Shown: positions 45,426 to 57,878, counted from the stretch's first letter. The stretch is 64,000 nucleotides of DNA from Balanoglossus misakiensis (GCA_040954595.2 JBECUI020000030.1:281261-345260); one strand, 5' to 3'. Notes: a model not told the origin generated them from the letters alone. Numbers and translations: made by a program.

Positions 45426-46373
45426 ATGAAAAACATTCATACTAATATGAGTAATTACATTATATACGTCGTCTTTGCCATTATTTTCTTATTTTTTTCA
45501 GTAACACTACTAAACAAGGGTTTTTTGACGCCAGGAAATCTCATGAATATTGCCCGACAGGTTGCCATGATATCAATTATGGCAGTCGGCATGACCTTTG
45601 TTTTATCAGCTGCAGAAATTGATTTATCCTTCGGTGCGGTAGTAGCAATTTCATCTGTTATTACTGCCTTAACCCTGCGTGCTAGCGGAAGCATTGTTAT
45701 TGCACTCTCAGCCGGGCTAGGGGTTGGTCTTTTAATTGGCTTTGTTAATGGTATTCTTGTGGGCTACGTGGGCATACCGAGTTTTCTTGTAACGCTTGGC
45801 ACATCGGGCATCATTGTCGGCATTGCTCGATGGGTTACTGCATTGCAATCCATTCCGGTTGATAATGATCTCTTTATTTTTATATTCGGTTCGGGTGATA
45901 TACTGCACATCTCCGTACTCTTTATCTGGACGGTTATTATAACACTGGGCGGGGTACTCTTATTGCATAAAACGGTTTTTGGCAGAAAAGTTCTTGCCAC
46001 CGGTGGCAATGCAACAGCCGCTCTGTACTCAAGCATCAATACAAAGAAAATAAAAATGAGTGTCATGGTTATGAATGCGACTATTGCGGCATTTGCCGGC
46101 ATTTTGTACGTTGGCAGGCTACAAGGCGCACGCTATACACTCGGCGAAAATGACTTGATGATCGTTATAGCCGCTGTCATTATTGGTGGCACCAGCCTCT
46201 TTGGCGGGAAGGGGCGCATATTCGGCTCGGTTATCGGTGCCTTAATTATGGGCATGATTAATAATGGCTTAGTGCTCATGGCACTTTCGGTTGACCATCA
46301 GCTGATCTTGCGTGGCCTTATTATTATTGTTTCAGTCATATTGATGATGAAGGGAGGAAAAGAAATTGAATGA
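45426..46373 (+). CDS. Sugar ABC permease (RbsC-like)
   Basis: EIDLSFG, IPSFLVTLG, IAAVIIGGTSLFGGKG. Confidence 0.88.
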   Translation: MKNIHTNMSNYIIYVVFAIIFLFFSVTLLNKGFLTPGNLMNIARQVAMISIMAVGMTFVLSAAEIDLSFGAVVAISSVITALTLRASGSIVIALSAGLGVGLLIGFVNGILVGYVGIPSFLVTLGTSGIIVGIARWVTALQSIPVDNDLFIFIFGSGDILHISVLFIWTVIITLGGVLLLHKTVFGRKVLATGGNATAALYSSINTKKIKMSVMVMNATIAAFAGILYVGRLQGARYTLGENDLMIVIAAVIIGGTSLFGGKGRIFGSVIGALIMGMINNGLVLMALSVDHQLILRGLIIIVSVILMMKGGKEIE

Positions 46374-47964
46374 GAATAGCATGAAGGCAAAGAGAATTTT
46401 TGATGCAATGAGTACCGAAGAGCGGGTTGGGCAGCTTTTTGTGCTTGCCTTTCCGGGCAAACATGCAAAGGTGCTTTTTGACCTTATCGACCGATACGGT
46501 CTTGGCGGTTGTTATATCAGTCAGGATAATGCTACAACAACGGATGAGGCACGAGTGCTGACGAAAGCCCTGCAAGATCGATCTGCTATGAAGCAAAAGG
46601 ATCTCCCCCTTATTCTAGGCGTGGATCAAGAGGGTGCATGGGGAGTACTTATTCCGGAGTCGACGATTGGTCCGGGCAATCTGGCACTTGGTATAGCAGA
46701 TGATACAAACGATACCGAGAAGATGTATAGAATCTTTGCCCGCGAGATGAGGGCAGTGGGCTACCAAACAATACTTGGCCCCTGTGCAGACATCAACCTT
46801 GATCCGAAGAACCCAATTATCGGCACACGTTCATTTGGCGAGCATGCACAAAAGGTGGCGAGGCATGTAGCTGCAGCAGTGCGGGCAATCCGAGCAGAGG
46901 GGCATTGGCGGCTGCAAAACATTTTCCGGGACATGGGCATACCCATGCAGATACACACCGTGATATACCCACTGTAAATAAGTCCGCTGAGCTATTGTTT
47001 CAGCAGGAATTACTTCCATTTCAGGCGGCAATAGATGCGGGCGTTGATATGATAATGACCAGTCATATACGATTTCCCCATTTAGACCCCAAGTATCCGG
47101 CTACCCTGTCTCATGCTATTCTAAGGGATTTACTTCGTGATAAGATGCATTTTCAAGGACTAATTATAACCGATAGCATGAATATGGGTGCAATGAGAAA
47201 ACATTATACCCCTGAAGATGCTACTCTGCGTGCATTTCTTGCCGGAGCGGATTTAATTATGTTGTCGGAGGAACACTACGAACATAGCGAGTCCTACCTT
47301 GAGAAACAGATAAACTCTATTCAGGGCATCGTTTCCGCTGTGGAGAAGGGCATTATTTCAGAAACCCTTCTTCGGGATAAGGTGCTTCGAATACTGGAAA
47401 AGAAATTAGAAATTAGCAGCAAGACGAATCCAGTTGACATCAACAAGCAATAAGCAAATTGAGCGTATGGTGGCACAGCGTGTGGTCCGTACTGTACGAA
47501 ATAGTAACAATCTTCTTCCCTTGCATCGTTCGCAATCGGTAGCAATTTTGAACGCAACACCGAAATTGAGTTATCATAATCTTGTTAATGCACGCGGCAT
47601 TGGTCCTAACCAAGTGAAGCCGGCATTTGATAGCTTTGCTGAGACCTTTTGTGCGTATTGGCCTTCTGTTGATGTGTTTAGCTACGAAGATATCGATTCT
47701 AATCGTATGGGGGGCGGCTATGATTTTGTTTATTGCTGTTACCGAGGACTATCCATTGCCCGGCGAAGATTTTGAAAGGCTGCACAGCAAGCGATGGTTA
47801 AGCGGCTTATCAGCCTCTACAAGGATAAATTGCTATTGCTGGGTTTGCGCAGTGCCTACGAGTTAGAAGAATATCCTGATTTAGGCTGCTATATATCTAC
47901 GTATTCCAGCAGAAGCTGTGCGGCCATTGCGGCTGCGGAGTTTCTGTGTTCGACGAGTACGTAA
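46366..47964 (+). CDS. GH3 beta-N-acetylhexosaminidase (NagZ-like, two-domain), frameshifted
   Basis: DQEG, IGTRSFG, KHFPGHGHTHADTH, IITDSMNMGA. Confidence 0.8.
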
Positions 47965-48092
47965 AGAGTAAGTAAAGACTAAGTAAAGAGCATTGTTTTT
48001 TTCACTTGTACATGTATGGCTTTGTGTATATAGTTATACTATTCTAGTACACTTTCCTGTGATGAATATAAATAAAAAATGTAGGTTGGCTA

Positions 48093-49501
48093 ATGAATAA
48101 AAAAAACAATGAAGCACATGATATGCTTTCGTCTCCAATGACACCACTGATCTTACGTATGGCTATCCTGCCAGCGTAGGCTTCTTTTTTAATACAATGT
48201 ACAATGTTGTTGACACCTATTTTGCGGGTTTGCTTTCTGCCGATGCGCTGGCGGGCATGTCTCTATCTTTTCCGATATTCATTGCTATTCTTTCGGTCGC
48301 TATAGGCATAGGAAATGGGGCAACAACACTTATTTCCAACGCACTTGGCGCACGGAAGACTGAAGAGGCTGTTGATTTTCAAATGCAGGCGCTTATCCTT
48401 GGGGTTGCGGCTAGTGTGTTGTTAATAGTTATATCTGTGCCCCTGCTGCCGTTCTTCTTTAGCTTGTTTAAGGGTACGGAGGCGGTCATAAAACATGCAC
48501 TGGAGTATACTCAGGTTCTTCTTATTGGCGGTTCGATCTTTTTTACAATTAACTTTGCGCTTAATGCAGGGCTCAACGCCCGCGGGTTAACAAAAATCTA
48601 CCGTAACCTGCTTATACTGTCCTTTTTTGCTAATGTCGGATTAGATCCCTTGTTTCTCTACGGTCTTAATATCAGTGGCATACAACTGATACCTGCTATG
48701 GGAGTAGGGGGCATTGCAATGGCGACTGTTATTGTGCAGATCGGTGGGGCGATATACCTTGTATACCATACCGTACAGCATAACTGTGTTCGAGGCTGCA
48801 CAAGGGAAAACCTTATGCCTCACTGGAATAAGATAAAACAGATCGTTCAGCAAGGCAGCCCGAACACTATTGATATGATAATGATTGCAGCAGGGGCGGG
48901 GATTATTGTTGGTTTCCTTGCTGAAAATGGTACAGCTGCTGTAGCGGGGTTCGCCATTGGGCTGCGCATAGAACAAGTGGCACTTATTCCCACTATAGGA
49001 CTGAATATTGCCCTTGCCGCTATTGCTGGGCAAAATAATGGTGCGAAACAGCCCGAACGAATACGTGAGGCTTATCAGAAAACATTATTATTAGGCATCA
49101 TTATCTTTGTTGGTATTATGACACCCTTGTTAATTTTTCATCGCTACATTATTGGTATTTTCACTTCGGAAGCGGATATCTTTGCTGTTGCACAGACATA
49201 TCTGTTTACACAAGCAATTACTTTCTATGCATACGTTTTGTTATTTCAATCACGTTCCGTGTTGCAGGGCATTAAACGTCCCGGCATCATTGCTTTCGTG
49301 GGCATTACCCGACAAATAGTATTGCCTTCTCTTGTATTTCAGTTATTCACTGGAGTGTTTGCATGGGGAGTCATGGGTATTTGGTTGGGTGTTATGATAA
49401 TAAATTGGTTAGCAGCAATCTTTCTTGCATTGTTTACTCACACACGACTGAGGGCGGTGGAGCATCAGCAAAGCAAAGAAGCAGCAAAGACTCTGGTATA
49501 A
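48093..49501 (+). CDS. MATE family efflux transporter (frameshift near 5' end)
   Basis: YNVVDT, NVGLDP, GIAMAT, GQNNGA; about 12 TM segments. Confidence 0.85.
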
Positions 49502-49833
49502 TAGCATACATTTACCAATACACTACTAAGCACTACCCGCTCGTAGAAGCTCGTAAAGCCTTGTAAACCCTCGTAGAACTACCTACAAGCCCGACAAGTA
49601 AGCTCTCGAAGCTGTCCCTTTTCTTCAGTTACTTGTGTTTCATGAATGAGTATTTGGATATGCTGATAAATTGCTTAGCAGCAATCTTAAGACTAAGCAT
49701 GTTAGGGAATCTTCAGCATGCTTGAAAAGACCTAGAGACCTAGACAACTAGACAATTAAAGGACTAGAGGACTAGAGGACTAGAGAACGGGGGATAGGGA
49801 ATAAAAATAAAATGGGCTGTAATTAAAAAAAGC

Positions 49834-49944
49834 GTCCGGCAATGACCTACTCTCCCACCAAGGCAGTACCATCGGCGCAGGAGGGCTTAACGACCGTGTT
49901 CGGAATGGGAACGGGTGGAACACCTCCGCTATGATCACCATAAC
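49834..49944 (-). rRNA. rrf: 5S rRNA
   Basis: Reverse complement contains CCCGTTCCCATTCCGAACACGG...GCCGATGGTACT...GGGAGAGTAGG. Confidence 0.92.
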
Positions 49945-50021
49945 GCTTATATTTTACTAAAACTATAACGCTCGTAGAATAAACTACGAGCTCGACAAAA
50001 ACATCGGGAAAGGAAGGAAAA

Positions 50022-50311
50022 TATGACCAAGCCTCACGGAAGATTAGTACTGGTCAGCTAAACATGTTACCATGCGTACACTTCCAGCCTATCAACCAGA
50101 TAGTCTTTCTGGTTCCTTTAGTCTCCTTAAAGGAGATGGGATTATTCATCTTGAGGAGGGCTTCCCGCTTAGATGCTTTCAGCAGTTATCCCTTCCGAAC
50201 ATAGCTACCCAGCAATTACTTCTGGCGAAATAACTGGTACACTAGAGGTTCGTCCGTTTTGGTCCTCTCGTACTAAAAACAGCTCCTCTCAATAATCCAA
50301 CGCCTGTGGCA

Positions 50312-50348
<37 letters not shown>

Positions 50349-50381
50349 ACTCACGTACCGCTTTCATTGGCGAACAGCCAA

Positions 50382-50414
<33 letters not shown>

Positions 50415-50464
50415 TGAGTCGACATCGAGGTGCCAAACCCCGCCGTCGATATGAACTCTCGGGC

Positions 50465-50503
<39 letters not shown>

Positions 50504-50642
50504 AAGTGACGGCGCTTCCACGCGCTACCGCCAGATCACTAAGACCTACTTTCGTACCTGCTCGACTTGTTAGTCTTGCAGTCAAGCTACCTTATGCCTT
50601 TGCACATACCCGCTGATTTCCACCCAGCGTAAGGTAACCTTT

Positions 50643-50686
<44 letters not shown>

Positions 50687-50957
50687 CGCCCACCTGGCAC
50701 GGTCCGCATACCTGATTCAAGGCATGCGTGAGACGTTTTATCGGAGAAGGGCGGTATTTCACCTGTGACTCCACACTAGCTAGCGCTAATGCTTCAAAGT
50801 CTCCCGCCTATGCTACACATCTACGACAAAACGTCAATACCAAGCTACAGTAAAGGTTCACGGGGTCTATCCGTCTAGCCACAGGTAATCGGTATCTTTA
50901 CCGATACTCCAATTTCACCGAGTCTCGTGTTGAGACAGTGCTCAAGTCGTTACACCA

Positions 50958-51044
<87 letters not shown>

Positions 51045-51843
51045 CGTAGCTTCGCTTACGCTAACCACTCCTCTTAACCTTCCGGCACCGGGCAGGTGTC
51101 AGCCCCTATACATCTTCTTAGAATTAGCAGAGGCCTGTGTTTTTGGTAAACAGTCGCTCAAGCTTCTTTGTTGCAACCCACCATAACGTCCGAAGACACC
51201 ATGGGTGGCCACACTTTTCCCAAAGTTACATGTGTAATTTGCCGAGTTCCTTAACACGAGTTCTCTCGCGCGCCTTAGAATACTCATCCTACTTACCTGT
51301 GTTGGTTTGCGGTACGGTCGTAATACAGTTATATCTTAGAGATTATTTCTTGCCATCTGACTAGACACACTTCGTCTTTCCGTAGATTGACTCGTGTTCA
51401 TTACTCACCTCAGTGCGTGGATTTACCTGCGCACGTCAACGGCTTATAATTTCAACCGGGACAACCGTCGCCCGGATGTGCTTTGCCCGATGTGTCATCC
51501 CATCGTGCTGTATTACGGTACAGGAATATGAACCTGTTTCCCATCGACTACGACTTTCGTCCTTGCCTTAGGGACCGACTAACCCTGGGAAGACGACCTT
51601 TACCCAGGAAACCTTAAGTTTTTGGCGAAGAGGATTCTCACCTCTTTTTTCGTTATTCATGCCTGCATTCTCGCTTCTGTTCTCTCCAGTATTTCTTACA
51701 AAATACCTTCAGTGAGTTCCAGAACGTTCGCCTACCGCCAGTACATAAATGTACTGACCCGTAGCTTCGGTACAATGCTTGAGCTCCGTTACATTATCGG
51801 CGCATGCTTACTCGACCAGTGAGCTGTTACGCACTCTTTTAAG

Positions 51844-51876
<33 letters not shown>

Positions 51877-52439
51877 TTTTGCATTCACACAACCTTTTCC
51901 ACTGAGCATTGTTTTGGAACCTTAGCTGACGATCTGGGCTGTTTCCCTTTCGACCACGAACCTTGTCGCCCGTAGTCTGACTCCTATGACTTATCTTATG
52001 GTATTCGAAGTTTATCTGAGTTTGGTACTCGGTGAAGAGCCCTAGCTCAACCAGTGCTCTACCTCCACAAGACTTTCATAAGGCTAGCCCTAAAGCTATT
52101 TCGGCGAAAACCAGCTATTGCCGGGTTTGATTAGCCTTTCACTCCTATTCACAGTTCATCCCTGCCGTTTTAAACCGACGAGGGTTCGGTCCTCCACTAC
52201 GCTTTACCGTAGCTTCAACCTGACCATAAATAGATCACCCGGTTTCGGGTCTACTGCATGAAACTCATTCGCCCTATTCAGACTCGGTTTCCCTCCGGCT
52301 TCGAGACTACAATCTCTTAACCTTGCTTCATACAGTAACTCGCAGGCCCATTCTACAAAAGGTACGCCATCATTTTGCTTACGCAAAACTCTGACTGCTT
52401 GTACGTCTGTGGTTTCAGGTTCTATTTCACTCCCCTCCC

Positions 52440-52471
<32 letters not shown>

Positions 52472-53013
52472 CTTCACTATCGGTAGCTATCTCGTATTTA
52501 GCCTTGGAAGGTGGTCCTCCCAGATTCAGACAGGATTTCTCGTGTCCCGCCCTACTTAGGGGACGACTCAGAGCCGAAATTATGTTACATACGGGACTAT
52601 CACCCTCTTTGGTAGTGCTTTCCAGACACTTTCCGCTATATTTTCGGTTTTTTACTCTGCGGTACGATGTGCATCATACCATAGTCGACCCTACAACCCT
52701 ATACACGCAACGTTGCACAACTTACACGCGTATAGTTTAGGCTCGTCCCCGTTCGCTCGCCGCTACTAAGGGAATCTCAATTTTGACTTCTTTTCCTCCG
52801 GATACTAAGATGGTTCAATTCTCCGGGTCTCACTTGTATAGCCTATTTTATTCAGATATACATGACAATGTTACCACTGCCGGGTTACCCCATTCGGTAA
52901 TCTTCGGATCATAGGATGTGTGCTCCTCACCGAAGCTTTTCGCAGCTTACCACGACCTTCTTCGTCAGATAGCTCCAAGGCATCCGCCACAGACGCTTAT
53001 TTGCTTGGTCATA
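50022..53013 (-). rRNA. rrl: 23S rRNA
   Basis: Universal LSU motifs (+ strand AGGGACCGAACTGTCTCACGACG, CGACAAGGAATTTCGCTACCTTAGG). Helix 1 ends GACCAAGC/GCTTGGTC. Confidence 0.97.
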
Positions 53014-53037
53014 TTTTTCTTACTTTCCCTAGTTTTG

Positions 53038-53102
53038 TGTCAAAGAACGACGAACTTGTCGCTTGTATATTCACTATATAGTATCGGCAATATTTGTGTC
53101 AA
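53038..53102 (-). promoter_or_regulatory. rRNA promoter and boxA-like element directly upstream of 23S
   Basis: Minus strand TTGACA-18nt-TATAGT, then GTTCTTTGACA (boxA-like). Confidence 0.65.
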
Positions 53103-53170
53103 CTGTTTCTTATTATTTTATTATTTTTTTTATTTATTTATTCGTTTATTTGTGTATTCGGCAGGATTGA

Positions 53171-54823
53171 TCAGTACTCGTGGTACCGAAAATATTTAAA
53201 GTCGGCGTAATGCTTCCTGTGGGAAAGATCAAAGCAATACATAGCAACAAATTGACCGGTAAATCCCATGGGAACTGCATATTCGTCTGATAGTTTCGCA
53301 CTGTCATACATTTTGCCACAGGGCTGATAGGCTTCTTCCGCAACTTTCCAGTAAAACTGAATCTTGCGATTATCAATTTCAACTTTGAGCGTTATAGTTT
53401 GATTTGCTACTGGCATGTATTCGCTAGTAAGAACTCCACGGTCAAAGATGCTTACTCCCAGCATGGTATTGCCGTCTTGGTAATAGGTTCCGCAGTATAT
53501 TTGGTTTTGCTCATCGTAGCGAAGCATAAGCCCGGCTTGTTGTAGGTGACTGCTGGGCGTGAAATCGTATTGTGTTTCGGCCATGACTCTTGTTGAACAG
53601 ACACGGCAGGCAATGATGGATTGTTCAAATGTGCTTAATGGTGATTCCTTGCCGTAGATGCGTAAACATCCCGGACTTAAACGAGAAAAAGATTCTGCCG
53701 GTACACGAAGTGATTGGAAACTGTCGTGAAGTTTCTTCTCTTGAAAGGTCGTTGTAAATGAACGAGAGAGAGCTGCCTTGTCGGCGGGAGCATCCGGTAG
53801 TGTAACTTCACTTTGTACGGAAGAATGCTTTAAGCGTGGCCACTCGTTTTTTTCCCATATTACCGGCTGTAAACCCGTTTCCCGACCAAGTGGACAATGG
53901 GTTGTTCCCACAAGAGGTCTGCCCATGAGATGAGCAAGAACCCATTCCTTGCCGTGAATATGACAAAGACAGCCATGTCCGGTCTTCTGTGGTAGGCTAT
54001 GAAAAGTTGATGGTACGTTTTCGCGTGCAATGTCGATCTTGCCACTTTGCCAATGTGCTTCAATGGCTTTGCTTATTGTTCTGTCGGTAATTGCAGTTGC
54101 TAACGGACCGTGTGGGCATGCCGTGTAGGGACCGGTAATAGTTTTCGAACGTGCAACAAGAGATGCATGTTGGTAGGAGGTGCCCCCTTCGGCAACAAGA
54201 AGATAATAGTAATCGTCTTTATAATAAAGATGTGGCCCCTCAGTAAGGCCAAGATCGGTGCCTGCAAAAATATGGTGAGTGTTACCAACGAGGCTTTGCT
54301 TTTCGTGTTTGTATTCCTGTAAGACAATGCCTGCAAATGGATTATGGTCTAAACGCCAATCCCAAGTCATGTTTAGTAGCCATTTTTTTCCAGTCTGCGG
54401 ATCGTGGAATAATGAGGCGTCAAACCCACTGTTGTTTAGAAAGATGGGTTCAGACCAGTTGCCAGTAATTGAAGAAGATGTAACCAGAAAGTTTGGAGTG
54501 TCCATAAAATACGTCATGCGATTCAAATTGAATAGATTCTTCCAGTTGCGATTTATCGTATAAATAAGCCAAAATTGCTTGTCTGCGTATGTGAGACAGG
54601 GTGCCCAGATTCCCCCAGAAGCAGGTATGCCACGTAGGTCTAGTTGACTGGTACGAGTAAGAATTCGGGTGCAAAAATGCCAGTCACGCAGGTTTTTTGA
54701 TGACCAGACTTCGACGCCCGGGAACCACTCGAAGGTGGAGTTCGCAATGTAGTAGACATCATCAACCTTAAGAATAGACGGATCGGGATGAAAGCCTGGT
54801 ATTATCGGATTAGTTACACGCAT
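53171..54823 (-). CDS. GH43 beta-xylosidase/arabinofuranosidase (XynB-like, two-domain)
   Basis: NPIIPGFHPDPS, STFEWFPG, GGIWAP, GFDASLF, TEGPH, AEGGT, LGRET, GFTG. Confidence 0.9.
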   Translation of the reverse strand: MRVTNPIIPGFHPDPSILKVDDVYYIANSTFEWFPGVEVWSSKNLRDWHFCTRILTRTSQLDLRGIPASGGIWAPCLTYADKQFWLIYTINRNWKNLFNLNRMTYFMDTPNFLVTSSSITGNWSEPIFLNNSGFDASLFHDPQTGKKWLLNMTWDWRLDHNPFAGIVLQEYKHEKQSLVGNTHHIFAGTDLGLTEGPHLYYKDDYYYLLVAEGGTSYQHASLVARSKTITGPYTACPHGPLATAITDRTISKAIEAHWQSGKIDIARENVPSTFHSLPQKTGHGCLCHIHGKEWVLAHLMGRPLVGTTHCPLGRETGLQPVIWEKNEWPRLKHSSVQSEVTLPDAPADKAALSRSFTTTFQEKKLHDSFQSLRVPAESFSRLSPGCLRIYGKESPLSTFEQSIIACRVCSTRVMAETQYDFTPSSHLQQAGLMLRYDEQNQIYCGTYYQDGNTMLGVSIFDRGVLTSEYMPVANQTITLKVEIDNRKIQFYWKVAEEAYQPCGKMYDSAKLSDEYAVPMGFTGQFVAMYCFDLSHRKHYADFKYFRYHEY

Positions 54824-55663
54824 TTATTCTTTTATTGCTCCAATGTTAATTCCTGCAATGATGTAACGGGATAGTATGGAAAAAAGAATGATGATGGGAA
54901 TGATAGAAATAGCGATGCCAAGATAGACAGCACCAAAATCTGTTTTGTAGGTAGTTGAGTTTAACGTTGCAATGGTCATGGGAACCGTATATTTGTCTTC
55001 CGAAAAAATAATGATGAGTGGAAGTAAATAGTTGTTCCAGATGGCGACAAAGGTGAAAATTGCAAAGGTTGCCATGCCGGGTGAAAGAATGGGGATGCTG
55101 ATACGATGAAAAATATAAAATTCGCTAGCCCCGTCAATGCGAGCGGCTTGGAGAATGTCGACGGGTAATGCACCCTGAGTGTATTGTACCATAAAGAATA
55201 CACCGAAGGCGTTGGCGATGGAGGGGATGATAAGTGGGATGTAGCTATCAATCAGCTTGAATTGATTCATGAGCTCGAAGAAACCAATAAGACCGAGCTG
55301 TTGAGGAACCATGATTACCCCGAGAATAATGGCAAGCAGTATGCGGCGAAAGGGGAAACGATACACAACAAAACCATAGGCGGTGAGCGTTGAGAAATAC
55401 ATGGCAAGCAAAGTTGCGGGAAATGCGATTATTGCACTGTTCAGAGTGCTGCGGAAGATGTCAACATCGTTGCTTAGTGTTTTGTAGTTGTTGAATATTT
55501 CTCCACCCGGCAATAGGCTAATGCCTGAATTGATGTCGGCACTTGAACGGGTGCTGTTGTTCAACATTAAGTAAAAAGGAATGACGCAGAGTAGGGCTGT
55601 GAGTATCAGTATTAAATGTATGAGAAAACGTCCAATAACTTGCCTGCGTACCCCACCTTGCAT
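54824..55663 (-). CDS. Carbohydrate ABC permease (MalG-like)
   Basis: EAA-like QAARIDGA, WNNYLLP. Confidence 0.88.
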   Translation of the reverse strand: MQGGVRRQVIGRFLIHLILILTALLCVIPFYLMLNNSTRSSADINSGISLLPGGEIFNNYKTLSNDVDIFRSTLNSAIIAFPATLLAMYFSTLTAYGFVVYRFPFRRILLAIILGVIMVPQQLGLIGFFELMNQFKLIDSYIPLIIPSIANAFGVFFMVQYTQGALPVDILQAARIDGASEFYIFHRISIPILSPGMATFAIFTFVAIWNNYLLPLIIIFSEDKYTVPMTIATLNSTTYKTDFGAVYLGIAISIIPIIILFSILSRYIIAGINIGAIKE

Positions 55664-55666
55664 TTT

Positions 55667-56564
55667 TTATTCTAGTCTCCTTCGATGAATAAGACGGAAA
55701 TAAATAAGTGAAAAAATTAGTATTAAGAGAAAGAGGATGTACGCCACAGAGGATGAATACCCAAAGCGTTCATACCGGAAGGCGGTTCGATAGAGATGGG
55801 TAACGGCTGTGTTCATTGATCCCTTCGGGATTGCCGGAGCCGACGGGGAAGGCGATGACATGGGGTATGTCAAATAATTGCATGCCACCAATAAGCGAAG
55901 TGATAAAAACAAAAACAAGGATTGGGCGAAGAAGCGGCATGGTGATGGCACGGAATACTTGACCGTTGGTGGCACCGTCAACTGCAGCTGCTTCGTAGAA
56001 ACTATGGGGGATGGCGTTCATTCCTGCCATAAAGAGAATCATTGTATATCCAAACCATATCCATGTTTGAATAAGTGAAACAATGAATTGTGCCTGCACC
56101 CCTTGTCCGAGCCAATAAATATAAAGGTCAGTGTTCTTGCCGAACAGTAACTGATTCAGAAAACCGTTTTGCCAGTCAAGTAATACGCTAAAGAGTAGTG
56201 CAAGGGAGGCGGCTGTTACTAAATTCGGAAAGAAAAAAATCGCCCGAAAAAATGATACGCCGCGTACCTTGTAACTGCGGTTTGTTAACCAAAAGGCAAA
56301 TAGTAATGCCAACCCAATTTGCATTACTATGTTTGGTGCCCATATGCGCCACGTGTTGAGAAATGCCTTCCAAAAAAATTCATCACTGAAGATTGAAATG
56401 TAGTTTTTCATTCCTACCCATACCGGGTCGGAGAGTCCGTCGTATTTTGTAAAACTGAGATAGAGCGTGTACAGTATGGGATAGAGATGAAATGTTATAA
56501 ATACTGCAAAGAAAGGAAGAATAAACAAATAGCCGTAGAGTTGTAATGTACCCTTTCTTTTCAC
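55667..56564 (-). CDS. Carbohydrate ABC permease (MalF-like), frameshift near 3' end
   Basis: YEAAAVDGA, ITMPLLRP. C-terminus is in ORF 55667-55981. Confidence 0.85.
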
Positions 56565-56584
56565 ATGTTCCGTCCTAGCAGACT

Positions 56585-56608
56585 GGGGGCTGCTTCATAA
56601 CAGCCCCC
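56585..56608. terminator. Intercistronic stem-loop after SBP gene
   Basis: GGGGGCTG-8nt-CAGCCCCC. Confidence 0.6.
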
Positions 56609-56621
56609 GTCGTTGTTAATT

Positions 56622-57878
56622 CTAATAATTGCTTACATTCAGGTCCGGGAATGCGTTACGCACTTCCGACAAGAAAGTATCAATGGCATCTTCCTTAGTT
56701 GCTAGTCCATCAACATAAGAGAGAACAGCATTGACCATAAATGCGTTTATGTCCAGATCATAGGGTGTGAGCAGCTCGCCGTTGACGATACTTGCCTGAC
56801 TGAAGAAATAGTCATAGTGGTTCTGTCCATTCAGATACGGTTCGGAAAAAGTATCTTTGATTTCGTTAATAACGGCGGCATTACCAAGGAAATCTCCGGT
56901 TTCCGTTGCCCACCACTTTAGGAAGTCTTTGTCTAGTGTCATCATTTTAATAAAATTCCACGCCATTTCTTTGTTCGTAGAATCTTTGTTGATGCCAAGC
57001 CAGGTTCCACCCCAGAAATAAGGTGCGGGACCAGACGTTAGTCCCCAATCGCCGGAACTGTCGGGTGCATTGGCTTTTAATACATAATGCAGCCCCCATG
57101 TCGGTAGGGCGAAACCAAAAACATTGCTGTCTTTTTTCATTGCCTCAAACCATGGGGGAGACCACTGTCCTAGTTTTGCTTCCAAATCTTCATCACGAAG
57201 TGTTTTTCCTATATCGAAATATTCTAATACTGCGGGATCAAGTTGAAAGTCATTGCCGACTACCCAAGGGAGTTTACGCTGGGCGAGTATAATGAATTGC
57301 AGGTCGGATATGCCGGTGATAATTTTAATTTCTCCGCCCGATTGGTCGCGTAGTAGCCGTGCGGTACTGAGGAGCTTGTCAAAACTGTTTAACATATTGC
57401 CTACCTCTGTCGGATCATCTGTTCCAAGATATTGCTTGGCGATACTGCGACGAAAGAAAAATCCACCTGCAGTGGATTGCCACGAAAGGGCACGAACCTC
57501 ACCGTTGACATCTGAACCAACTGAGACAACATAATCAACTAAATCACTCAGGTCGCTTGCTTGTAGACGAGGAGTTAAAGAATCATAGAGCCCATCCTCT
57601 ACAAATTTTTTGATGTATGCTGCTTCTCCGGTAAAGACGTCGGGTGCATTCGCACCGCTTCTGAGTACAGGACGAAGCTTTGTTTGATACTCTTCGTTTG
57701 GAACAATGGTATACTCAACTTCAATTCCAGGGTATAGTTCCTTAAAACGTTCGATGGGCCGTTCCAACTCGTCAGTAAATGACCATATTCGTAATACGCT
57801 CGGGGCTGCTTCTCCGGCACAACTACCAATAAATAGCACAAGGATTAGCACTGCTAAATAAATGATGCCTTGTTTCAT
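56622..57878 (-). CDS. Carbohydrate ABC substrate-binding lipoprotein
   Basis: FIGS-C lipobox, APDVF, WGGTWLGI. Confidence 0.88.
   Translation of the reverse strand: MKQGIIYLAVLILVLFIGSCAGEAAPSVLRIWSFTDELERPIERFKELYPGIEVEYTIVPNEEYQTKLRPVLRSGANAPDVFTGEAAYIKKFVEDGLYDSLTPRLQASDLSDLVDYVVSVGSDVNGEVRALSWQSTAGGFFFRRSIAKQYLGTDDPTEVGNMLNSFDKLLSTARLLRDQSGGEIKIITGISDLQFIILAQRKLPWVVGNDFQLDPAVLEYFDIGKTLRDEDLEAKLGQWSPPWFEAMKKDSNVFGFALPTWGLHYVLKANAPDSSGDWGLTSGPAPYFWGGTWLGINKDSTNKEMAWNFIKMMTLDKDFLKWWATETGDFLGNAAVINEIKDTFSEPYLNGQNHYDYFFSQASIVNGELLTPYDLDINAFMVNAVLSYVDGLATKEDAIDTFLSEVRNAFPDLNVSNY

Noticed and set aside
47960-47990. GTAAAGA(G/C)TAA x3 microrepeat after the GH3 stop
   Set aside because: Too short to support a function; probably slippage.
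50306-53199. ORFs within the 23S region; intervening sequence or homing endonuclease
   Set aside because: The ORFs are shadows of rRNA. The roughly 2990-nt length leaves no room for a coding insert and none was seen.
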